A stretch of 63,736 nucleotides of DNA, the filler included, from Bigelowiella natans CCMP2755 (lineage: Eukaryota > Protista > Cercozoa): assembly GCA_000320545.1 (NCBI GenBank). It is 5 parts of 5 records of this genome, joined end to end, with 100 filler letters (N's around TTAATTAATTAA, not from the genome) between each part and the next. Parts side by side here need not be neighbours in the genome. Positions count along the whole stretch, not along the records: positions 1 to 16,005 come from ADNK01001938.1; positions 16,106 to 22,884 come from ADNK01003040.1; positions 22,985 to 36,945 come from ADNK01003313.1; 2 more parts are not named here. One strand, given 5' to 3'. How positions within the stretch are numbered: position 1 is the stretch's first letter; every line of letters starts with the position of its first letter. The translations under genes were made by a program, and so were the position numbers. The notes beneath the pieces were generated by a model. The model did not search any database. It was not told the DNA's origin and saw only the letters and a list, made by a program, of their open reading frames with translations. Shown here piece after piece: positions 12,373 to 24,392 of the stretch.

Positions 12373-13964
12373 TTCGTGCAGGATTATTGAGGGGTAAGTT
12401 ATTCTCTCAGCGAGTGTTTTGAGTGCTGCTCAAAGGAAAAAAGCCCCCTCCGAGGTCTATTCAATTCTGGGGTGCGAAGCTGCAACAAGCTCACATCGGT
12501 GTCGGCTTTCGAGGGCAATTATGCGGCCTTCGTGAAGGCTAAATCTCGCTTCAAATCCACTAAAAAATACGAAATTCGAGAGCCCAGCTTAGCTCATAAC
12601 TTTCCTCTTTTTCCTCTCTCTCTCTGTCTCTCTCTCTCCGCCATCTTATTTTCTTCTATACCCTTTACAGCCTCAAAATCCCCCCCCCCCCCCTTCCCTT
12701 CTCCCACCTCGCTATCCTCTAAGATGTAGAAGTTAATTACGACTTTCTGGGTTTTGTAAGGAAAAGAAAAGGAAAAATTCGGGGTCTGCAGGAACGAGAA
12801 AAAAAATCGCATAAATCAAGGATGTTCCGACTTCTCCTCCCTCGCCAGAGGGTGTTCCAGGCTCGGATTGAATTTACGGAGGAGGCTGATTGATTGGGGG
12901 GGTCCATGCAAACGCACATTTTTTATCATTCTCATGGAGACGGTACACCATCTCAAAGCTGCAACCCCCCCCCCATCACGCTGCGGCTATCAGAGTGAAA
13001 GGAGAGAAATTGCTCGGGGGAAAAAACAGATCGTGTAAAAATCGAAAGCCGATGGAAACCACACCCCCTCCTCCGCCCCCCGCCCTCAACGAAGCCCTCA
13101 CCCCCTTAGATTGAGGAGCATTGATGACGTGACAGTAGTGACGATGATGATCGTGGCTGCTGTGGCAACATGAGTGAACAATGCGCCCCTTTTTTTTTCT
13201 TTTGGGGGGGTGGGGGGGGGGGGGTCAATTATTATCCTTCATTCTCAGTTTGACTAAGCAAACTAATTAGATAGTATTGATCCTCCTTTGCTGGTTTTCC
13301 CTCACGTCCTCTCACTCTCCACACACACACACATACACATACACATACACATACACATACACGCGCACAAACACAAAAACACACACACGTAGGGAGGGGG
13401 GGAGGAAGGAGAAGGGAAAGGAACTTATCTTTGCACAACAAAAACAACAACGCTACTACCAGTACTTCCTGGTGATTAAGACACCCATCACGCCAACCAC
13501 ATGACTATGAAATGAACAACAAAGAAACAATTGCGATAAGCGACGATGCATTGATAGTATTCTGAATGTTATCGGCACTCCCCTATGCATCAGTTAGCAT
13601 CTCGACGTGGGTGGTACACAACCGGGGAAGGTGTGTGTATGGGGGCGGGGGGGGGGGGAAAGGTCGGCTACTCGTGAATTTTTCTCTTTCTTTTTTTTGT
13701 TGTATTGGGAAGAAAAGACAGACCAGAGAGTGAGCAGCACCCCACAGAGAGGGAAAGCAAAGACAATCCTGCGTTTCGGAGTGGTGGGGGCATGTAATTA
13801 GATGAGGTCAGCTATGAGCTTGGAGCCCCAAAGGGAGTCACAATCGAAAGACTTCTGTACGATGTTGACCCACCTTCTCGGAAGCTTCGAAGACAACTTC
13901 CAAGTTGCGTAACTGGTACTAGTGATCGTATAGCCTTAGGAGTTCATACAAACACACACATATA

Positions 13965-14038
<74 letters not shown>

Positions 14039-14849
14039 TGTGTGTGTCTGTGTGCGTGTGTAATATGCGCAAATATGATGTGTAGATGGATCTGACACTA
14101 TGTGAAATTACATATGTATAAGCCGTGGTACGTCTGGAGCATAATCACGACGTTGGAGAGCACCAAGAACGACTGCCATGTCATCCCACGTATCCTGTCA
14201 TCGATGTAAGAAGAATGCACACCCCAATCACAACCACCGCGAATAGCACATAACATATTATCTTGGAAAGGGAGCAGTGCTTCCTCGCTTGCTTACGTGA
14301 GGAGCAGCCACGTCAGGAGGACCAGCCCGATAATCAAATTCAGGTATTGCAGTCTCCTCTTGTTTCCCTAATGGGGTGGGGTGGGGGGGGGAGGGAAGGA
14401 AGACGGTGGGAGAGGGACTTTGTGCGTCACATCGGAAAAAATGAACTCTTGACAGTTGGCTTTTCAATTGTTGCAAAAAGAAACAATAAAAGCTAAATAC
14501 CATAATTCCGGATTGCTGCGAGTGCATGCAAGAGAACGCCCATAGCACAGCCACTGTGACTATCTTCAAGCTGATAAGTGCGGCAAATCAACACACAACC
14601 AAGAAACCGTGTGCATGTGGATGGGGCGGTACCAATCAGAAATTAGCCATCCAAGGCTTTTGGTCATAGCGAACCGGCGCGGGGGCGGGCAGGCAGGTGT
14701 TGTGGGAGAGAGTTCGAGGAGATCGATCAGTTACAAGTAAAAAGAAGAAAGTCGAGGCCAATTTCTTCATGCGACAATGATTCTACCGATGTTTCTTGTC
14801 CTTGGGAGTCCTCTTCAACTCTTCACTGGATTGGAAAGAATAGGCTGTA

Positions 14850-15381
14850 TCCACTGCAAGGGTTTCTCACTCCCCTGGAATCCCGGCAGGCATGCGCGGA
14901 TTCCACTCCAAACTTTCACACATGACCCCTGTGGACCATGTGAGGGCCCTAGGACCCTCAGGGAAGCAAAAAAAATTGTTTTTTGGAAAATCGAAAATGG
15001 GTAGGGCACAAACTTTGAGTGCTCCGGAAACGCCCCTGACTTCGCCTCCTTCCACAAAAACCATGCCAAAGTGACAGGTGCAAAAAGATCTTTCTTCTCT
15101 CAAATTTTCACAACTCAAAACACAAAATTGAACGTTTCCGGAGCAAAAATGCGCGCGCAGGCATGATTTTTTGCAGTTTGTGGCAGGCGCAGCGAGGCGC
15201 AGTGTGCACGCAGCGCGGCGCAGCGGGCTCATGCCAGTTCATTTTTCACTGGTCAATGTTGGCACATTTCTTCTGAAATGATTCACAATTTTGAAATGAC
15301 GTGTTCAAATTCAACAGCGAGTGATGAACGAAGAAAAGGCAAGCCACGATGCACACGTGCATGGTGTGTGCGTGTGTGTGC

Positions 15382-15414
<33 letters not shown>

Positions 15415-15477
15415 TGTGTGTGTGTGCATGTGTGTGTGTGTGCATGTGTGCTTGTGTGTGTGCATGTGTGCATGTGT

Positions 15478-15509
<32 letters not shown>

Positions 15510-15550
15510 TGTGTGTGCGTGAACATGCAATCAAACACTGCGATGCCAGC
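14850..15550. repeat. TpA-depleted island ending in a mosaic (TG/CA)n array (15350-15522)
   Basis: No ordinary TA across about 700 bp. The array gtgtgtgcacatgtgtg..gcatgtgtgtgtgcatgtg keeps purine/pyrimidine alternation but mixes TG, CA and CG units. Confidence 0.75.
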
Positions 15551-16005
15551 TCTGTAGCGCGTACCACTACGCGGGCACAAGTCACGTGCGACAACAAAGG
15601 GGTTGTCGCGGATATAGAATATAGATAACGTAGATATTAATACAGCATAGGCACGTGGGTTCCGGCGGGACTCATGGCAGCACACCGGAAGTGTGCTGCC
15701 CCACGTGCGGCGGCATTCGCGAAAGCTTCGCGAATGATTACGCAGTGCACGATTTAATAAAAATATAATCTTTAATAAAAATAAACACAACTCTTCAAAA
15801 GGAAGCAAACGTGCCTTTCCCCCCCCCTGCCTACTTGTGCACGTAGCGCCTCGGCCTGTGAACACCTTACGCGCAACAACCTTTGGCTTCCACACACGGG
15901 AAACGATTTGACTAACAATGTCACAGCAGCTAGAAGAACAGCAGGACTTTGGCTCGCACGCCGTGCCAAGGGCACCGAGCAGAAACAGTGAAAGAAGGGC
16001 GATAC

Positions 16006-16105
16006 NNNNNNNNNNNNNNNNNNNNNNNNNNNNNNNNNNNNNNNNNNNNTTAATTAATTAANNNNNNNNNNNNNNNNNNNNNNNNNNNNNNNNNNNNNNN
16101 NNNNN
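16006..16105. other. Artificial contig spacer (44N-TTAATTAATTAA-44N)
   Basis: Six-frame stop linker between N runs. Confidence 0.98.
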
Positions 16106-16246
16106 CTATCCCCCCCCCCCCGCACTATCGTCCTTTCCGATCCAAGGTTCGACGCGACGCCCATCACCTGGTCGCGGTCACTTCTGTGCGCAGTAGCAGC
16201 TGATGCAAAGACGGAAGGAGGAGCGGTTTCGACAGGGGAGGGGGCG

Positions 16247-17225
16247 TTGGACGGCACGAGAGACCGATTGGAAGCCGTCGGAGACCAAGCAACTGCAGCT
16301 TTGTTCGCTATGTCAGATTACGCGTTCTGGGGCCGCCGTTCCGTTTTCAAAGTCGCGGCGTCTCTCGCGGACAACATGGAGCCGTTTTTCCTCAAAAGAT
16401 ACCGAGCCCCGTCCTCTCGGCCTTATCACGTGCAGTCCCTGTAAGTGGGGAAGATCTCTTTCCACCCCCGCATTTCAACGACATCGCAACGCATAGTTGC
16501 GTCCTCGACTATCCTCGCTGCTTTGCTAATTCTCCTTCTACTGCTATTTCTCCCCCCCCTTCCCCTCCTCCGTTTTGTCTACTCTGTCATAGGTACCAGT
16601 CGTTCCTGTCCGCGCACAAACGGGCTTTTCTCGGCTTCCCCGCCTACTGGTATTACAATAAGCTTGGAGCGATGTGGGTTCCAGACGTCGTGGTGCCGCC
16701 GCTCGAAGGAAACAGAAGTGGAAAGGGGGGAGGGGGGGACAAGAAATGGGCGCTTCCGCGAATCATCGCCGGGATCCAGCGACTTTTTTGCCATGACAAT
16801 CTTCGCTACGTGTACCCTGGCACTAAGAGCGCGCCTCCCATGCGAGCAGGGCCGCTTGCCGCCCGCGCCGATTTCCACAAGTGCGGACAATTAGGAAGTA
16901 GCATGAATGCATGGTGAAGCATCTCAGTACCTCTATTTCGCCTCCTCCTCGTTGTTCGGCCTTATCCTGACTCGTTTTCCCTCCTTTCCTCCCCCCCCCT
17001 CCACCACCCTGCCCAAAAAATAATAATAATAGTGGCTTCATGGCTGGGGAGCCCGCGTTCGCGGTTTGGATGATTGCGAACAACGTAACAATGTGCGAGA
17101 TAGGCGCAAATATTTCCCAGGTCGCCGTCAAGGGCCATATCCATATGCACGAGACCAGAAATGCCTGCACCTTTGTAAAGAAGATGGACGTATGTGGTTC
17201 GGAAAGTGGCGAGGGGAGCCATTAG
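16247..17225 (+). CDS. 3' exons of an uncharacterised multi-exon gene (partial)
   Basis: Coding-like GC-rich blocks bounded by GT/AG: ..AMSDYAFWGRRSVFKVAASLADNMEPFF..VQSL|YQSFLSAHKRAFLGFPAYWYYNKLGAMWVPD.. No family recognised. Confidence 0.4.
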
Positions 17226-17945
17226 CTCGTGGCAACGTAAGCTGGTCCTTTCTTGAACAAGAAGCTTGCATGTAGAGCCGTCGAACTCGCCTTGTCAGAG
17301 TGAGCGTGCGTAAGCCAAGTGATGTGTATCGAGGTGGCTCCTCGTTAGTTTAAGCAATGAAAATGAGGTAATCACAAGATCATCCCAAGGATGAAACCTG
17401 TGCATGGTATAATGGCGTGTTGCCTGCAATGAGCCATCCTGCCGTGCCGCATTATTGCATGCTGAGCTGCAGCATCTAGGCATGGACACAGACTGATGCA
17501 TATGAACCCTGCGAGGCAGTTCAGAATATACCGCAAGCTACACTAATAAACGCGCTTGCTAGCCATGCGCTACATGCACTCGATCACCCCAGGGCCCCAT
17601 GGTAGTCCACGCGGTTAAGCACAATTTATTACACCATGTACGCACTTGCTGTAGCATGGTCCTGGCGCTTGTGGTGAGAGCCACGCACATTTGAGATGGA
17701 TGTAATGAATTGATTAAATATTTTCAATGCTCATCCTAATGTAGCTGTGCACACATGCATCAGATGTATTGCAAACACATACCAGGCTATACATACTCAA
17801 AGTGTGTACGCACACACCTACGTGGATGCACACATGTGTTTGCCGGAGGAAATCTAGCCATCCTCGCAGACAAATGGTACACACACGGTTATTGCTGGGC
17901 TAACTGTGCTGCTGCACACAATAGTGAGTCATCATTTGGAATGAG

Positions 17946-18113
17946 TTAGAAGAGTACCGAATGACCGCTCGATCCAGTGTCCAAGTCGTCTGTGTACGGA
18001 TACGCGCTACTACCCGAGGCCTCTTCAATGGTCGCTGAGTTTGTTACAGAGTCATTCGGTGTGTTAATACTAGACACACTACGCATCTGCGTATGATTGA
18101 AAAAAATAATGTA

Positions 18114-18146
<33 letters not shown>

Positions 18147-19062
18147 ATATTCTTAGTTTCTGATTTATGACCTACCTGCTTCTTCCTCCACAAAGGAGAG
18201 AAATCGTTGTGCACATCTCGAAACGCTAGCGGAGCCTTCTTTACTTTCTCCCCCCGCTCCCTCATCGTCTAACCCTCCATCTTTCGAGGGCGGCAAGTTT
18301 GTTAGCACCGCATTGAGCGTGGGCGCCATCAGCACATTCTGCAAAATATTAGTCGGGAAGCATCAACCAGATGTTGTCATAATAAGATCTTGCTTAAACT
18401 AGCGACACACACACACACACACACACACAAGCTAGCAAGCATGCCCAGACCGCTGACCTTTAGCAAGGATATGCGAATTCTGGAAAGATCCAGTGAGCAC
18501 GCCACGTGCCGAGACCGTACAGCCTGTTATAACCACGTGCAATCCTTCAACCTCCTCGTGCGTGTGCGTGTGTTCGTGGGGCTGAGTCAGCATACGCACT
18601 CATACACGCGCGCGCGCACGTGCATGCGCATCATCGCACGAGCCGGGCCAGCAGCTACCTTGGTGGGGATTTGCCTCTTCGGATCGTATCCGTCTCGAAC
18701 GTACTAATGATGGTGACGACGACGATTAAGATGATGATGATGATGATGATAATGATGGTGATATCCCCGGCAAAAGCTTGCACAAAATGAAACATCTGCA
18801 CTCGCCACTCAAGTGAGGTGAGGGAGGGAGACCCCCGCCGCCCCTCCCACCCTGTCCAATGAAAGCGTTAAGAGAGATACTACACGCGTTAAAAGGCAGC
18901 GCGGACACCTTTTCTCTCTTAAGCAATGAGCCGAATCGAAACTCTGGTGTGGTATCTCTCCAGTCGATCCTACGCGCAAGAGGGCAAGTTTGCGTGCGTA
19001 CATAAACAAGCATATGTATGTATACATACTAATATATATATAAGCATATGTATGTATACATA

Positions 19063-19105
<43 letters not shown>

Positions 19106-19580
19106 TCATGCATGGAGCCTCGTTATTCAGCCTACCCCTTCGCAGCCTTCAGCTTGTGGACAGCGGCCTTCGACGAGACCTTTTCGATTGCGCCGGGTGG
19201 ACGGGAAGGGAGGGGCGGGCAATAGAAGGAGGGGGAGGAGGAGGAGGAGCAAAAGCTGACCTTCACAGAAAATCTAACAGCGCAATGGTATCCCTTGTAG
19301 AGCTGCTCGTGGGAAAAGTGCTGCTGAGCCATCAGAACCTACGAGAATGATGTTAAATTGCAGCAGCAAATTATGAGCATTGCGTGTCCTGCTGCTCGTT
19401 TGTGTTTCGAGAAAAGGCTGACCTGGCTGTTCCTGATGCAATCGTCGAACCTCCAGAGCACGTTTTTGCACCCCTCCTGGGCGCGCCAATAAATGTATAT
19501 AAACAAAGAGCAATAAGATTTTTGCGAGCGCGAGAAATTTTTGGCTGGAGTATGCTCAAAACCCATTATCCTGACCCCCC

Positions 19581-19627
<47 letters not shown>

Positions 19628-21632
19628 TCGAAAATCGTTTACATCGATATCTGGCAAGTTGAAGGCCCTGCAGTCGAAATGGGGGCTGAGATCTTTGAAG
19701 ATATCGCCTGCATCCTCGCCATCTCCACGGCTCCTCGAGCAATTCGTGGCACCGGAGGAGGAGGTGGTGGTGGAGGAGGAGGAGGAGGCAGAGGCAGAGA
19801 GGAGATTTTCTGCGGTATTATCACAGCAGATATGCTGTAAGTGCTCATCATCCGGTACCACCACCACCATTATAACACACCACACCGCCACCGTCATCGT
19901 CGTCGTGCGTTATCATCGTCGTCATCATCATCGTTGCCCCCATCACCAAACTTCCCCAACGTTCCGAATTACTCAAATTGTAGTTGAATCTGACGGAAGC
20001 CAGGCCTGCGCACAAGGAGGCCAACTTCTGCAGGCGGCCTGAGCCAAGTAAAAGGCGCGAAAGCAGCGACAGAACAGAGAATCATTCCTTTCTGTCGTCC
20101 CCCCCCCCCCTACTTAAAATGATGGCTCTCACAACGAACCTCTGTGCGTCAGCATTGACTGCATGTCCTTCGTAGCGGCGGGATTGTTGATGTTGTCGTC
20201 GTCGACACCCACGTTCGCCGTGGCCATGGCTTTGATGGGGTGTTGCGGGAGGAAAACACGAAAACAGCAATGCCGATGACAGCATGCAGGCTAGCGGCGA
20301 TAAGTGGCGTGTGTTTCAGAAGAGGTCGTCGGTAATTTCGCCAACTAGTAACAAGTAAGCTCTCCAAAGGGGCACACAACACACACAACACACACACACA
20401 ACACACACACACACACACACACACACAACACACGCACATGCGTGAATGTTCACATGTCAGTGGATTCTTTACCGGAAGGGAACACAAGCGTTATCTCGTC
20501 CGATTGCACGTACGCGCACCTTTACATTTGGGGTAGAGTTACGTAAGGACCACAGCCTCCTCGCCCAATCAACAGCAACACTCAGGAAATGATTATGCCT
20601 CTCTTCTACTACCCCCACCGCACCACCGCAAGTACAAACACCAAGGATAAATTTCTAGCACCGTTACCTATCACTACTGCTACAACAACAACAACAACAA
20701 CTACTAAACAAAAATATAAAAAAATCACTACTGTACGTGGCAGAGTGGTAGTGCCGCAGGAGATCCCTCGTCGTCAGCACCATTGCCTTCGATAGCCGCT
20801 GCAGAAATGGGTACATTATGGCGTTACGCTTTGTGCGAATACGGACGCAGTTTCGTCGCCAAAGCGGTGGGAAAATGAGTGACACTACCGAGTCGAATGG
20901 CTTCTCAAATCGCCCTTTGCAGAACTGCGGGTTAGTTATGGAAACTGTCAGAGAGCACCACGGCCCGTACAACCCACTCTCTTTCTACCGTGTGAAAGCG
21001 GTGGCCGTCAAGTCGCATAATGAAAGGCCTGTGAACGAATAAAATGCGGAGCAGGGAGGGAAGGCTGAGGCTGTCATCATGAGAGAGACCTCGGACTGCT
21101 CTCCTCCCCGGTGATCTACTACTGGACCGCCCACCCCCCTCCTACCCCTACCACTCACATGCTCGGGTCAATGTAGCCTCTCTTTGCGGTCTCGTCTTCG
21201 AATCTAGGTAGGGCGGGAAAAGCAAGGCTGATGGGATTGGACGATTTCTTCACACGCGAGGCTGCAGGGCATAACAAACCGTTTCATTCTCTTCCCTTCT
21301 ACGTCTCCCTTCCTGCCTTTAGAGTTCGCCAACGGAGGCCTGCCACTTTCATCATCGCCCCCACCAGAGAGGCCCGCGCATGACGACGCAACGCCCCGGT
21401 TCACCAGAGTCGAGAGCCGCCAGGATCGCTTGCGGGCGAAGCTTGTGCTGATGGAAACAGCCCGATGGAAATCAACGCAGGCGATGAAGTAGCAACACAT
21501 GCGGAATCAAACGCGGCAAAAAACTAACCCCAGTCGTCTTAGACAGTGAGGTGAGTGGGAGGTTACGGTGGCCTTTGGCATCGACGCCATTGCCGTCAGC
21601 ACCACCATCATCCGCCTCGTCGGATCCGGCAT
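17946..21632 (-). CDS. tRNA-His guanylyltransferase Thg1-like protein (TLP type), multi-exon
   Basis: Exons read manually: KRMKR|FEDET, PFIMRLDGHRFHT (~20987-21028), FCKGRFEKPFDS, RLSKAMVLTTRDLL, CAYVQSDEITLVFP (~20473-20520), GRLQKLASLCAGLASVRF, PHFDCRAFNLP, NVLWRFDDCIRNS, MAQQHFSHEQLYK, IDWRDTTPEFRFGSLLKREK. These are hallmark Thg1/TLP motifs. Start and stop are inferred. Confidence 0.88.
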
Positions 21633-22018
21633 GGCCCGGATGTGAGGCAATCTGGCAATTGAGTTTTCAGTACTTTTTTACCCCCAGAAACTACTACATT
21701 ACGTGCTTGTAGTCAGTCCCGCATGTTCCCGATTTCACCAATCTGCAATTCTGAGAGACGTCCCAGTTTCAATGTGACAAAATGTTACCCAAGAACATCC
21801 TACTTTTTCCTGTCTAGTCCAGTAAGACCCAGAGCGCCAACATCCCGCCAGGAAATCCAGAGAATTTCGCCCCGTGACATGATTTTTTTGCTGTCGCTTG
21901 GAAGAATCGTCGAATGCCTCAAAGCCCAATAAATTATTGGCGTTTTATCTAAGCGACAATCATTAAATATTGTCGCACAAACAAGAATTACCCATAATTT
22001 GGAGCTTTTGTTGCTACA

Positions 22019-22173
22019 ATGGCCCCACGGCGCCCCCTATTGCTCCGGCCTACTGGTAGGGCTAGGGCCAGGGCAGCCGTTGCACGTGTGGCAATTGCCA
22101 TGGGGATGGTAGCGATCTTAGGAGCTGGCGGCGGAAAGGGGCGTGGTAAAACCATTTCGGCCCTGCGTTCTAA
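22019..22173 (+). CDS. Probable first exon of a gene divergent from the Thg1-like gene (signal-anchor-like N-terminus), truncated by contig end
   Basis: MAPRRPLLLRPTGRARARAAVARVAIAMGMVAILGAGGG.. after an AT-rich promoter-like gap, followed by a GT donor. Confidence 0.35.
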
Positions 22174-22884
22174 GTGATAGTTTACGTGTTTCACTTTGCC
22201 TGGAGCGCTGCAGATTTTGATCGGAGAGCAGCGCTGCTAGACTCCGCAGACGCTCACACATCATGTGTTACAGGATGGACGCTCCTTGGAAACGGTCCAA
22301 ATGAGGGATTCGATGTACGCTTTCTCTTCGTAGTTTTCTCGAAATCAGCCCGAAGATACGAAGCTTCCTCTCCCTCCCCACTCCACCGCACCCTCTCCCC
22401 CCCCCTCTCTTCTTTCTACTCTTAAAATATTCATACCCCTCGTTCCCTATCCATTAGAAAATTCGGGAAGGTGGGGCCTCTATATATTATCCGGAGGTCA
22501 ACGGCATGGACAGCACACAATAACAATGATAACGATTACAACGAGAAGATGAATTAACACGGCTGATGGCCAACCTCTCTCTGAAGCAATCCCGCCAGCG
22601 ACCACGCGTATGCTACAGGAAATGCAATTTGATATCGAAGCTCATGCACATTATGATCGCCCTAACCCCCCCCCCCCCCCCCCCTTCTTTTAACCAGGGG
22701 GCAGGGGTGAAAACAGTTCTAACCCCCTGGGAGGAGGGGAAAGAGGGGGTTGAGAAGGGGGGAGGTGAGGTGGGAAAGGGGGGACGGGGTTGAAAAAAAT
22801 GCGGGACATAGGGGCGTTGGTTGGAAGAAGCAAAAAAGAACCCCCACACTTTAGCAGAGGGGGGGGGTGAGGGGGGTTTTCATG

Positions 22885-22984
22885 NNNNNNNNNNNNNNNN
22901 NNNNNNNNNNNNNNNNNNNNNNNNNNNNTTAATTAATTAANNNNNNNNNNNNNNNNNNNNNNNNNNNNNNNNNNNNNNNNNNNN
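22885..22984. other. Artificial contig spacer
   Basis: 44N-TTAATTAATTAA-44N. Confidence 0.98.
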
Positions 22985-23023
<39 letters not shown>

Positions 23024-23196
23024 TCAACTCGTATCTTTGTATCAGTCTCAGGCGTCGATGCCGCAAATGGGGTCGCTTACGGCACACAACAAGCCTAAAA
23101 TCAAACATCGGTCCAACATGTCACCAACAACTTTTTTTCACGTTAATAGGGTAGCAGCAGCAACACTTGCTGCTTTCGAGATTATAATATATAATA

Positions 23197-23262
<66 letters not shown>

Positions 23263-24392
23263 TATTAACTGTTATTTCTAGTCCTGCAGAGAGCTATGCG
23301 GTATATTTCCTGATGATATCACCCATAATGCCAAAATCGACGCTGTACGTGCATGTTTCCCTATGCATGCTATTGGCTCCGCTTCTAATCTCAACTTCCT
23401 TTAAAACCATACAATACACGACAGCATGCAGCAGAGCTCGGCAGCCAATAATCCGAGCGCTCAGAATAAGGGGAGGCAGAAGGCGATGAAGGAGATTCCG
23501 GAGGAGGGTCAATCTAACGCGAAAAGCCTTGGCAAGAGCGATAAGGGAAAGAGCAGAGAAGCAAAGACTCGGACTGTAGATTAGAATCGTGGCCAGATTC
23601 TTGCCATCCAACGAAGAAGGATGACCTGGCTACCTGGGCGCTGGGGAGCAATTCTAGAATTCTCGTCGCTTTCTGATTGATGGGTTTGATTTTACTTCAC
23701 AAATCTGGAAACGCGATGCTGCTCCTCGAAGTCCGGGAGTGCCTCAAACCGCTAGGCCGAAGGAGCGAGGGGCCAGATGTGTCGCAGTAGCAACCTTATT
23801 TTTCAATGTAGTTTTGCCGCTCCTTCATGAGCATTCGGTCCTTCAAGTTACGCATGTACCTCCATAGTATAATTAGTGTGCAATTGTATTGGATGACAGC
23901 TAGCCAGGCTAGCAAGCAGGCAAAGCCACCGGCATCTATCTAGTGTGCTGCTCTTGTATAGCTAGTACTCCACATGTAGCTAGACACTGCATATCTAGAT
24001 AGCGCATGTCCACGCAGCAGTCTGCGTGCAGCTAGCTCTAGAGCCGTTCAATAATGCTAGAATGTTCAAGCAAGCAGTCTAGCAGTCCTATGTGTACGCG
24101 CCATGCTAGCATGTATACGCCTCGGAATAACGTGAAATTATAATGATCTAGATGATGGCTAGATGGGCTGTGCATTTTTAAGGCAATAAAAATTGCACTG
24201 CGTGCCTGACATGTGCACGTCGCCGCAGCTAGCTAGCTAGCTAGACAGGCTAGCAGGCGTAATAACCTACATTTTTCATCATATTCTAGTATTATTATAT
24301 TTGCAATATTTACAACGTGTGTGACTCGAACGTGCAAGAATGGTTACAGCATGCGCATGAATGCTAAAAGCCAGGCAGATTTGCAGATCTAA

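Noticed and set aside
10270-14780. Exon-like blocks between microsatellite-rich introns
   Set aside because: Probably one or more genes, but I could not fix strand, frame or product with confidence.
16050-16061. TTAATTAATTAA motif recurring four times
   Set aside because: Synthetic linker inside N spacers; adjacency across spacers has no biological meaning.
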